NCBI GenBank assembly: GCA_963717145.1
Contig: OY970325.1
Coordinates: 1,088,001-1,152,000 of the forward strand
Length of the DNA: 64,000 bases
Source: an uncultured Armatimonadetes bacterium
GTDB taxonomy: Bacteria; Armatimonadota; UBA5829; DTJY01
Direction: 5' to 3'
Shown here: piece after piece, positions 44,032 to 52,570 of the stretch
Numbering within the stretch: the stretch's first letter is position 1
Layout: the number at the start of each line of letters is the position of its first letter
Made by a program: the position numbers and the translations under genes
The notes under the pieces: generated by a model
What the model saw: the letters and a program-made list of their open reading frames with translations, nothing else
Databases searched by the model: none
What the model was told of the DNA's origin: nothing

Positions 44032-44688
44032 CTACGCCGCCATATCACCCCGGGCAGCGATCGTCTCCGTACCTGACTGATCGCCGATCTGAGACGCGTC
44101 CGTGCCTCGATACCGCACGAAGTAGGAATAGTCCGTCCCGTCGCCGGTGATCCGGTCGGTGTAGGGCGATGCTTTCTGGAACGCCAGGAGCGAGAACTCG
44201 GTCTCCCCGGCCTTCCTGCGGTAGATGTTGCATCCCGCCGCCCATGCCGGCCTGCTGTTCATCCGCTCATTCGTCGGGTTCGTGCCGAAGTGGATCACCA
44301 CCTTGGCGATCGCGCTCTCCAGGAATATCGCCGGAGTCTCCGGCCCGATGGAATGAGTCGTGGGAGCTGAGCGGACCGGCAGCCCGAGTTCGCCGCGAAT
44401 CTCGTCCGTCATGCCCGGAGCGTGCTGGACGCGCTGAACCAGCGGACGAATAGTGTCCTTCAATGCGCCCTTCTTGTTCTTCTTGTCATTCGACGCCGCG
44501 GTGAACGCGAGCTTCTTGTCGCCATAGCTCGAGTGGGCCGTGTTGAACGCGGTGTAATCGGTCTGCAACGGCACTATGTCCGCCGCATCGAGGCCCAGGT
44601 CCACCAGATGGTCGGTCAGACCCGTGACCAGATTGTAGGTCCAAGATGCGAGTTCCGCATCGTTTGCAGGCACATAATCATTCGCCAT
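44032..44688 (-). CDS. Hypothetical protein (helical N-half, FN3-like C-half)
   Basis: RBS GGGAGG before ATG 44688; C-terminal GCNIYRR...YTD...YSYFVRY pattern. Confidence 0.7.
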   Translation of the reverse strand: MANDYVPANDAELASWTYNLVTGLTDHLVDLGLDAADIVPLQTDYTAFNTAHSSYGDKKLAFTAASNDKKNKKGALKDTIRPLVQRVQHAPGMTDEIRGELGLPVRSAPTTHSIGPETPAIFLESAIAKVVIHFGTNPTNERMNSRPAWAAGCNIYRRKAGETEFSLLAFQKASPYTDRITGDGTDYSYFVRYRGTDASQIGDQSGTETIAARGDMAA

Positions 44689-44774
44689 TTCAGTACCCTC
44701 CCGTAGATGGATTTTTGCTCCCTCAAGCGTCGTCGGCATCGTTGCCCGATGGTTTCCTGCGGTCCGGATCCAGA

Positions 44775-44914
44775 GCTCTGCGCTCGCACAAATGTGCTCT
44801 GCATCCGCACAAATGTGCTCTTCATTCGAACAAATGTGCTCTGCATCCGCACAAATGTGCTCTTCATTCGAACAAATGTGCTCTGCATCCGCACAAATGT
44901 GCTCTTCATTCGCA
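44775..44914. repeat. 21-bp tandem repeat, about 6.7 units, two alternating variants
   Basis: GCTC(TGCATCCGCA|TTCATTCGAA)CAAATGT. Confidence 0.92.
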
Positions 44915-45322
44915 TGAAGATCCATCGGATCCTGGCTGGAGAGCATGTGATGCCGCTGTGGCCTCAGGGGGATGGGATCGAGATCAGAGTGTGGACTTTC
45001 GAAGTAACACCGAGCGGCTGCCCAGAGGAGGGGAATCCGGCATCCGGAATCCGGCAAATCCGCATTCCGCACTCCGCATTCCGCATTGGTCTCCCGGGCT
45101 TGCGGCCCGATGGCCCGATCCGTATCCGCCTTCCGCCGATTGACTGCTCAAGGAACGAGTGATTGCCTTACACCCAGATGATTCCACGCATATTGCGGAG
45201 GTTGATACTGTTTTTTTTACCGGGTGTCGGAAAATCGGCGGTGGAGGTGGGATACTCGCCGCCCGAACCGCCCGTGTTGCGCGGCAGCGGGGAGACCAAT
45301 CGCCGAGAAGGAAAACATGTCC

Positions 45323-45351
45323 TTGAACAAATCGGCGACTAGGTATATAAT
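45323..45351 (+). promoter_or_regulatory. sigma70 promoter of the STAND gene
   Basis: TTGAAC-17 bp-TATAAT. Confidence 0.65.
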
Positions 45352-45453
45352 CCCTCGTAAGAATCGCGAGTTATCAGAGCCTCGACCGGACCTCGCCGCA
45401 AATGCCCGGATTCATCCTGCCGTCGAAGATGCGGCGTTCATGGGGGGACGCAC

Positions 45454-48400
45454 ATGGCTGACCTGGAAGCATATCTACAAGAGAAGAGCCCAGACCTGCA
45501 CAAGAAGTACATCGAGATAACTGAGGCGTGCAAGAAGCTCTGGGGCAATACCAAGCTCGATTGGTTTACTGACCATACCCCAACCCACTCCGCCAGGTTA
45601 GTGCGATACCTGAACCAGATGCTCGCCCCGATAGAGCAGACCGACCGCTTCCTGACCCCTGATGAGTGCTTCGTTCTGTTATCGAGCTGCTATCTGCACG
45701 ACATCGGTATGCAGGACATGAGGAGGACGGGAAAGACCGAGGAGAAGTTGAGCGATGAGGAGTTCCGTCGCATACGGGATGAGCACGCACAGAGAAGCTT
45801 CGATATGATCAAAGAAGGGACTCTGCGCCCGGACGGTATCAACTCTGTGGATATCAGGTTGGAAGGTCAGGATGCATGGGCCAGGGCAATGGCATGGGTC
45901 AGCAAGGCGCACTCCACACGCTACTACGATGAATCTGTAGAGTACATCACCAGCGATCCACTCATAGTCAGAGGAAATCGGCTGAGAGGTCCATTCCTTT
46001 GCGCTCTGCTCCTATTGGCCGATGAACTTGATCTGACTGACGAACGCGTGGATTTCTCACAGGCAGTTCTGAAAGACTTGTCGCCCGAGACCTTGCTCCA
46101 CTGGTATGTGCATCACTACATTGAACTGGTAGAGATTGTCAACCAGCAGGTCAGTATCACCTACCGCATCCATGAGGAACTAAAGCCGTATGCAGATCTC
46201 CTGAAGGCACATGTTGCAGGTAAGCTGAATGGCCAGTTCCATCGCTGCAGCCCGATCTACCGTGAGGCAGCCGGCATTGGCGGTCTCGAACTTGCGACTG
46301 CGAAGGTGAACATGAGCGAAGGATTCAAGAGACCCATGCCTGCCGAGGTCCTGGAACTGCTCAAGAAGGAGGCCGAGCCGGACGAGAGCGAATCGCCCGA
46401 AGATAATGCGCCCGGTACAGCCATCCGCGTGCGTCCGCCTCAACCCTCCTCCCTGTTCACTGGGCGCGCTGATGAACTGGAAATGCTTGAGGGTCTAGTT
46501 AGCGATCACAGGGTGTCCATGATCACGGGTATCGGCGGAACAGGCAAATCCCAACTCGTAGCCCAGTATGTTGCTGAGCGGACCCACTTCCCATCGGACT
46601 CTGTGTATTGGTTCGATCTCGCATACAAACAGACTGCCGATGATATCGCCATCGCACTCGGCTTCAGCGAGATGCTGAAGAAGGAGAGGATGACGGCACA
46701 GGAAAAGGGCGCCAATCTGGCTGATATCATCGATCGGACCAAGTGCCTGGTGGTGATAGACAACATCCAGGACTGCCAGGATGAAGCCCTTGGTCATACG
46801 ATTCATCAGTCGGTCGACCGCTTGAGTCGGTCTCGCATACTTCTCGTTGGAAAGTCCCGCCCCAAGTTCGTGGTCGTTCTGGAACCAAGACTCGTCATCA
46901 AGCAGATCAACGGACTGAAGGACGACGGCATAGCCTATGCCCGGAAGCTGAGAACCCAGTGGGAGATAGACATCACTGATGCTGAGACGGTGGATATGTG
47001 CCGCGAGGTCGGCAATCATCCTATGGCGATAGAGGTTGCATTCAACGTTCTCCGCTATGAGGAGAAGCCTCGAGACCTCCTGCAGAAGATCGTCGAGTTT
47101 ACCAAGGATAGCGATGATCCAGAAGCTCTTAGCGCTCGCCTGCTTTCCGAACTGCACAGCCATGCTACTAAGCCTCAGCGTGATCTCGCCTACCGACTTT
47201 CCGTGTTCCGCAGGCCTTTCCCCCGGTCAGCAGCCGGATTCGCCGCCGGACGGGAAGATTGGCAAGCAGATTTCAAGGAACTCGTGGACAAATTGATGTT
47301 CAGGAAGGAAGATGACGAGTTCCATATGCATCAGTTGGTCAGGGCGTTCTGTAACGACAAACTCTCAGACACTGCAGGCACCTCTGCTCATGTTGGAGCC
47401 GCTGCCTTCTACAAGTCCCTGCGCGGGAACGGAGCCAACATCGCCTTCGAACACGAGATAGTCCACCACTTGCTACGCGGCGGCAGTCGCGACGAGGCCG
47501 TGGACATCTTGGTTAGTCACGGGAGAGATTTCCTGATCTGGGGGCACACATCTGCATTGCTGGACATGCTTGCCGAGGTAGACAATCGCGGGGGGCTAAC
47601 TGACAGGCTGCTGAACCTCAGAGGTCGACTTTACGAGTCGCTTGCACAATACGACCTGGCAATGGTTGATCTAGATGCCGCGCGTTTATCCCCTGATCCG
47701 GAGTGTCGCGCCGAGGCTCTGTATAGAAAAGGGGCGATCTGGCTTGCGCGATGTGATCTGCAGAAGGCTGAGGGACTGCTGGAGGCCAGTCTCTCCATCG
47801 CGCAGGAGCATCACATCCCTCGGCTGATTGCTTACAACACGGATGCTTTCGGTCGCATGGCTGAAGGTCAGGGCCGTCTTCATGATGCTATGGCTCGGTT
47901 CCAAAGCGCATATGCCATTCTACAGAATGTGCCTCAGAGAGACGAACACGATATTGGCGTAGCCATAAGGAATATTGGAGCTGTATTACATGGCCAAGGA
48001 GACCTGAAACGAGCGATGGAGAAGTACGAGGAGAGCCTCCAGATACGTATCGCTGTCGGCGACCAGTTGGGCATCGGCTCTTGTGTGCACGACATAGGCA
48101 GCATACTTCAAGATCAGGGAAACCTAGATGGCGCAATGGCGAAGTACGAGGAGAGCCTCCAGATACGTATCACTGTCGGCGACCAGTCCGGCATCGCAGG
48201 CTGTACCAGGGCCGTGGGCACTATACTCGAAGCCAAGGCAGACCTAGAAGGCGCGATGGCGAAGTACGAAGAGAGCGTAGCGATATACTCTGCTATCGGC
48301 GAGCAGAGCGGTATCGGAGCCGGTATATGTAGCATAGGTCGTGTACTGCAGAGGCGCGGGGACCTGCAAGGAGCGATGGCTAGGTACGAACAAAGCGTGG

Positions 48401-48912
48401 CGATATATACTGCTATGGGCAACACCTTGAATGTCGCCCGTAGTCTTAACAACATGGCAACTGTCCACGACAAACTGAATGAACCTGGGCTGGCTGCAAA
48501 TCGCTTTGCCGAATCGTGCGGTCTGTACCGAGACGCAGGGGCGTTGGGCGATCTTGCATTCACCCTGCGAAATCTGGCTCGATGTTATGAGAATGCTGGC
48601 GAGCACGAGTACGCTATACGTCCATTCCTTGAAGCTGAGGCTCTCTACCGGCGGCTCGAGCGCGAACGGGAGACTGAAGAAACTGCCAACGAGATATGCC
48701 GGGCAAGACAGAGCATCGGCTTCCAAGAGTTTCGGCGGCTAGCGGAGGCAGCGTACGGCGTGCTCCCTGATGACCTGAAACCGTTCTCACACTACCACGA
48801 GTATATTGCGGACACCACCCTGCGAAAGGAGACAAGGGCTGGTCGAAATGATCCATGTCCGTGCGGCAGCGGGAAGAAGTACAAGAGGTGCTGCTTGGGG
48901 AAAGACGCATAG
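45454..48912 (+). CDS. NLR-like STAND protein: HD phosphohydrolase - NB-ARC-like NTPase - TPR - SEC-C
   Basis: FTDH..TH, YLHDIGM, AHS, LADELD; FTGR, GIGGTGKS, LVVIDN, GNHPMAI, MHQLV; 40-aa TPRs; GRNDPCPCGSGKKYKRCC. Confidence 0.88.
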   Translation: MADLEAYLQEKSPDLHKKYIEITEACKKLWGNTKLDWFTDHTPTHSARLVRYLNQMLAPIEQTDRFLTPDECFVLLSSCYLHDIGMQDMRRTGKTEEKLSDEEFRRIRDEHAQRSFDMIKEGTLRPDGINSVDIRLEGQDAWARAMAWVSKAHSTRYYDESVEYITSDPLIVRGNRLRGPFLCALLLLADELDLTDERVDFSQAVLKDLSPETLLHWYVHHYIELVEIVNQQVSITYRIHEELKPYADLLKAHVAGKLNGQFHRCSPIYREAAGIGGLELATAKVNMSEGFKRPMPAEVLELLKKEAEPDESESPEDNAPGTAIRVRPPQPSSLFTGRADELEMLEGLVSDHRVSMITGIGGTGKSQLVAQYVAERTHFPSDSVYWFDLAYKQTADDIAIALGFSEMLKKERMTAQEKGANLADIIDRTKCLVVIDNIQDCQDEALGHTIHQSVDRLSRSRILLVGKSRPKFVVVLEPRLVIKQINGLKDDGIAYARKLRTQWEIDITDAETVDMCREVGNHPMAIEVAFNVLRYEEKPRDLLQKIVEFTKDSDDPEALSARLLSELHSHATKPQRDLAYRLSVFRRPFPRSAAGFAAGREDWQADFKELVDKLMFRKEDDEFHMHQLVRAFCNDKLSDTAGTSAHVGAAAFYKSLRGNGANIAFEHEIVHHLLRGGSRDEAVDILVSHGRDFLIWGHTSALLDMLAEVDNRGGLTDRLLNLRGRLYESLAQYDLAMVDLDAARLSPDPECRAEALYRKGAIWLARCDLQKAEGLLEASLSIAQEHHIPRLIAYNTDAFGRMAEGQGRLHDAMARFQSAYAILQNVPQRDEHDIGVAIRNIGAVLHGQGDLKRAMEKYEESLQIRIAVGDQLGIGSCVHDIGSILQDQGNLDGAMAKYEESLQIRITVGDQSGIAGCTRAVGTILEAKADLEGAMAKYEESVAIYSAIGEQSGIGAGICSIGRVLQRRGDLQGAMARYEQSVAIYTAMGNTLNVARSLNNMATVHDKLNEPGLAANRFAESCGLYRDAGALGDLAFTLRNLARCYENAGEHEYAIRPFLEAEALYRRLERERETEETANEICRARQSIGFQEFRRLAEAAYGVLPDDLKPFSHYHEYIADTTLRKETRAGRNDPCPCGSGKKYKRCCLGKDA

Positions 48913-48981
48913 GCGTGTGGTTCACTTCCCCTTCCCCAACCTGATCATCCAGATAGAACATAAGGACACGGGCGCTCCGGT

Positions 48982-51951
48982 CTAGTTCACTTCCGCGAGG
49001 ACCGGGGTGAGCGGAAGAAGGGTGGTGACCTTCTCACGCCCGCCGAGGCTCAGGAGGTCATGGGCCTCGATCTCGATGCCGGCGCGAAGGAGCTTGACAT
49101 CATATGGCTTGCCGCGCAGGTTCACGATATTGATGACCGTCCGACCGCCGACCTTGACCGGAAGCCATTCGACGCCCCAGATCGGTTCGCCGGTCTTTGC
49201 ATCGACGAGCGAATATGCCGATGAGATGGCCGCGAGGTCGAGTTCCTTGCGGAGAGCCGGCCAGATGACCTTCTCCGGGTCACCGTCCGGAATGCGGAGT
49301 GCGGAATGCGGATTGCGGAATGCGGAATCCGGAGTGGCGAGTGCGGAATGCGGACTGAGGAGGTCTTCGATCGCCTGCGGATCGCGCTTCTTGCCATACT
49401 CGTTTCGGGTGAAGCACTCATTCATGAAAAGCAGCCGCGTCGACAGAAGGCTGCGGATCGCCTGGAATGCCGCATCGGTGATCGTCTCGGCCTCGGGGAC
49501 GATGATCATCCTGTAGTCCGCGCCCTTGCCCGCCGCGAGCTGCTTCTCTGAGATGAAGTCGATCTTCACGCCGCAGGAGTTGAGCGCCTGGTAGGCCCGC
49601 ATTGCCGCGTCGGTATGCTGACCGTGACGGATGACCGACGACATCGAGTAGAGGATTGCGACACGAGCCCTCGCGGTCTCGAGCGCGGTCACCTCCTCGG
49701 CGAACCGGTTCAGATCGAGGCACGTCGTCCCGACCGCCTGCGCACATGCCGGTCGGTCGAGGATATTGCCGAGGAATCCCCACTTGTTGTCGTAGTCGCG
49801 CTCCCAGACCCAGATCGTCGTCGCGCCCTGGCCGTGGATCGCTCCCTGCCAGAGGGCGGTGCGGAAATGCTCTGCGGGTATGTAGTACTGCGAGCCGTCG
49901 GGGCTGATGTGGTTCTCGGAGTTGAAGACCGGCTTCCGCGCGAACGACCGCTGGAGGTCGTAGGACGTATTCAGCATCCACGGGTCCATCGGCCAGTCGG
50001 GATTGCCGGTCGGGAAGCTGTAGCAGTCGTTGCCGTTGATCTCCAGCAGGTTGCCGAACAACTCCTGGTCGGTGTTGAAGCCCACCTGGCCGGCGTTCAT
50101 CGCATTCGACATCACCTTGGCATGCGTCGGGACGTTCGGGGCAAGCTGATGGATGATGTCGGCCATCCACTTGTGCCAGCCGGCGAACCGCTGCTGGTTG
50201 AAGAACGTCCAATCGCAGGCCTGGGCGTCACCGCTGTAGGGCACGTCATCGAAGGAAGCATAAGGCGTCCCGTAGCGGAAATTGAGGGTGCCGATATGGC
50301 CATGGACGCGCTTGAGATAGTCGACCCACAGTCCCTTTGTGTTGTCACAGTTCACGGTGTCGATGAGCAGCGGCTCATTGGTGAGACAGAAGCTGTGGAG
50401 CGCGGGCTTATCCTTGAGAAGCGGAACGGCAACACGGAGGAACTGCTCGATCACCTGCTTCGCCGCCGGATCATCGACACAGAAGCCAAGCCACCCTCCC
50501 CCACCCTTGCCGAGATGCGGCCACTTGTTCATCGCCCACGCCGGGAAGTAGTGCGGGGAGAGCAGGACGTTGACCATGATGTTGTGCTTCGCCGCGTTGT
50601 CGAGCACCTTGGCGACATTCTTCAGGGCGGTCAGGTCCACCTTGTCCTCGGTCGGGAAGGTGATGCTCGGCCCGACTTCGATCTGGATGATATTCACCCC
50701 ATAGCTCGGGAATCGAGGGATATCCTCGCGCACCTGGCCGAAATGCCCGAGTCCGCAGAAGAAGACCGGTCCGACATCCTTCCGGCCCTTGGAGTCCACC
50801 CGGTCGCCGATGAAGCTGAGGCCCTCGATCGAGACATTGCCGGTCCGGAAGCGCTTGGTGACCGGTTCCAGAGTCGGGTCCTGCAGGTACGCCTTCATCA
50901 GCGCGATGCCGTCGTCGAGCGACCGATTGAAGTCGCCGATGGCCCACTTCGCGCGGTACTCGAGCCCGTGCCGGACGTCATCGCGGGCGTATGGGATGAA
51001 CTGCTCGAGCATCACCTTCGCTGCCGACGGGTAGTCGAGGTTGATGCCCTTCGCCTTGCACTGCGCATAGAGGGCGTCGAACTCCTTCTTGCGCGCCTCG
51101 ACGCCGTCGATCTCCTTGAGGACCGGCGAGTCGATGACTTCGGTGGTCACGCTCCCCTGGGCGAGGACGACTCCCCCGGTGTCGAGCACTCGGACGCGCA
51201 GGGTGTAGTCGCCAAAGGGCAGGTTGCCGACCTTCCACTCCCAGTCGATCTGGTTCTCGCCGGGCCTGACAGGACTGCGCTTCTCCGCGATCTTCCGTTC
51301 GCCGTACATGACGGTGGACTCGACGGTGGCGGCCTTCTTCGACGATGTCGTCAGGAAGACGCAGACGGGGACGGAGACCCCCTGCCCGATCACCTTCGGC
51401 TCGGTGAGTATCATGCCGTCGATGCCGTCGGCCTGCAGGCGGCCTCCGAGGGGCCGGAGAGAGACATCATCGACCGCGAGGGCCTGGCACTTGTTGGCGA
51501 TGTTGATCCCGAGGTTGATCGAGTACTGGCCGTGCTTGGTGGTGAACTCGATCGAGACCTTCTGCCAGTCGAACGTACCGGTCGGGAAGTTCAGGGTGTA
51601 GCTGTTCCAGTCGGTCATGTGGAATCCGCCCGGTTGGGTGCTCACCTCTTCCCCACGGACCCAGCAGCTCAGCTCGTACCTGGCGTTCGGCACGACGTTC
51701 GCGGTGGCATTGAACCTGCCGTAGACGTGCGGCGCCTGGCCGGACTCGTTGCTGAAGACGACGCATCGCTTGCCCGAGTGAGGGTCGGTCGTATCGATTA
51801 CGTAGGAAGCCCTGGCGGCGTTCATCGTCTGCCAACTCCAGCCGAGCGGTTCCTTCTCGAATCCGGGATCGGCGATCGTGGGAATGAGCACCGATGCACC
51901 GGCCATCGTGCAAAGTGCTGGGATTATGAGCGCAATCAGGATCAGCTTCAT
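48982..51951 (-). CDS. Secreted GH42-like beta-galactosidase with an N-terminal CBM4/9-like domain
   Basis: Signal peptide MKLILIALII; TNEP acid/base, NSENH nucleophile region, trimerisation-like C-domain (VAILYS, KIDFI). Confidence 0.78.
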   Translation of the reverse strand: MKLILIALIIPALCTMAGASVLIPTIADPGFEKEPLGWSWQTMNAARASYVIDTTDPHSGKRCVVFSNESGQAPHVYGRFNATANVVPNARYELSCWVRGEEVSTQPGGFHMTDWNSYTLNFPTGTFDWQKVSIEFTTKHGQYSINLGINIANKCQALAVDDVSLRPLGGRLQADGIDGMILTEPKVIGQGVSVPVCVFLTTSSKKAATVESTVMYGERKIAEKRSPVRPGENQIDWEWKVGNLPFGDYTLRVRVLDTGGVVLAQGSVTTEVIDSPVLKEIDGVEARKKEFDALYAQCKAKGINLDYPSAAKVMLEQFIPYARDDVRHGLEYRAKWAIGDFNRSLDDGIALMKAYLQDPTLEPVTKRFRTGNVSIEGLSFIGDRVDSKGRKDVGPVFFCGLGHFGQVREDIPRFPSYGVNIIQIEVGPSITFPTEDKVDLTALKNVAKVLDNAAKHNIMVNVLLSPHYFPAWAMNKWPHLGKGGGGWLGFCVDDPAAKQVIEQFLRVAVPLLKDKPALHSFCLTNEPLLIDTVNCDNTKGLWVDYLKRVHGHIGTLNFRYGTPYASFDDVPYSGDAQACDWTFFNQQRFAGWHKWMADIIHQLAPNVPTHAKVMSNAMNAGQVGFNTDQELFGNLLEINGNDCYSFPTGNPDWPMDPWMLNTSYDLQRSFARKPVFNSENHISPDGSQYYIPAEHFRTALWQGAIHGQGATTIWVWERDYDNKWGFLGNILDRPACAQAVGTTCLDLNRFAEEVTALETARARVAILYSMSSVIRHGQHTDAAMRAYQALNSCGVKIDFISEKQLAAGKGADYRMIIVPEAETITDAAFQAIRSLLSTRLLFMNECFTRNEYGKKRDPQAIEDLLSPHSALATPDSAFRNPHSALRIPDGDPEKVIWPALRKELDLAAISSAYSLVDAKTGEPIWGVEWLPVKVGGRTVINIVNLRGKPYDVKLLRAGIEIEAHDLLSLGGREKVTTLLPLTPVLAEVN

Positions 51952-52058
51952 CGTTTCCTCCGCGGGGTGAGCGCGCCAATTGATGGGACAGTGTTCGGCG
52001 ATGACATGGGTTTCTCCTTGACGTCGTCCAGGCCCAGAGTGTCGATGGTGCACTCCAG

Positions 52059-52136
52059 CGGCTGTCATTCTGAGCGAAGAGAAGAATCCGGCTGCAGCAT
52101 GGGCCGGATTCTTCTCTTCGCTCAGAATGACAGCCG
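52059..52136. repeat. GTCATTCTGAGCG-type palindromic repeat
   Basis: Perfect 34-bp IR 52059-52092/52103-52136. Confidence 0.85.
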
Positions 52137-52175
52137 TTACCTCAATCGTGGGCTGCTTTGCAGAGCAGAATTCGT

Positions 52176-52310
52176 TTGACAAGTCGCCGATTCTGATGTA
52201 ATCTGGTGTCAACGCTCGTAGAGCAGTTCGACGATCGTTTTCTAATCGCATCCCAAGGCCACCAACGGTCCGCTAAGCCTCGAGCGAAGTAAAGTTGGGA
52301 GGGGTGCAAT
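52176..52310 (+). promoter_or_regulatory. Promoter plus conserved structured leader (copy 2)
   Basis: TTGACA-17-TAATCT; GATCGTTTTCT..GCATCC..AAGGCCACCA..TGGGAGGGRTGCAATTGAA shared with 58544-58630. Confidence 0.65.
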
Positions 52311-52570
52311 TGAACCAGCATTGTCTTTCGCCTCCGTAGCTACTGCCCTCGCAGTACCCGACGGTCAAGCGTCCTACCCGCACGCCTCCGGATTCCTCGA
52401 AAAGGGATCGGAAGGTTGAGGACGTTTCAGACCGTGACAGAAACATTCCACTTCGCCCACTGACCAGTATGCCATGCGACGCGTGGTCCGTTCGGCGCCT
52501 TACAGCTCCGGATCGCCAACTCACCCAGCGGCGATCGGGCAAGTGCGTGGGTATCAGGAGGTAACCATCC

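Noticed and set aside
44775-44914. Possible CRISPR array
   Set aside because: 21-bp period with only two alternating variants, no unique spacers and no cas genes.
49615-52179. 854-aa + strand ORF (also 10068-11429, 20828-22198, 25447-26733, 55822-57159)
   Set aside because: Antisense shadows of well-supported genes in high-GC DNA, with no recognisable motifs.
51952-52251. 100-aa N-terminal extension of the GH42-like ORF
   Set aside because: Crosses a palindromic repeat and the divergent promoter; the RBS and signal peptide point to ATG 51951.
52200-52570. c-di-AMP (ydaO) riboswitch ahead of the wall hydrolases
   Set aside because: I could not find the GCTGAATCC/GGGGTGAATC/CCCGTCAGCTAAC consensus; an Rfam scan is needed to exclude other families.
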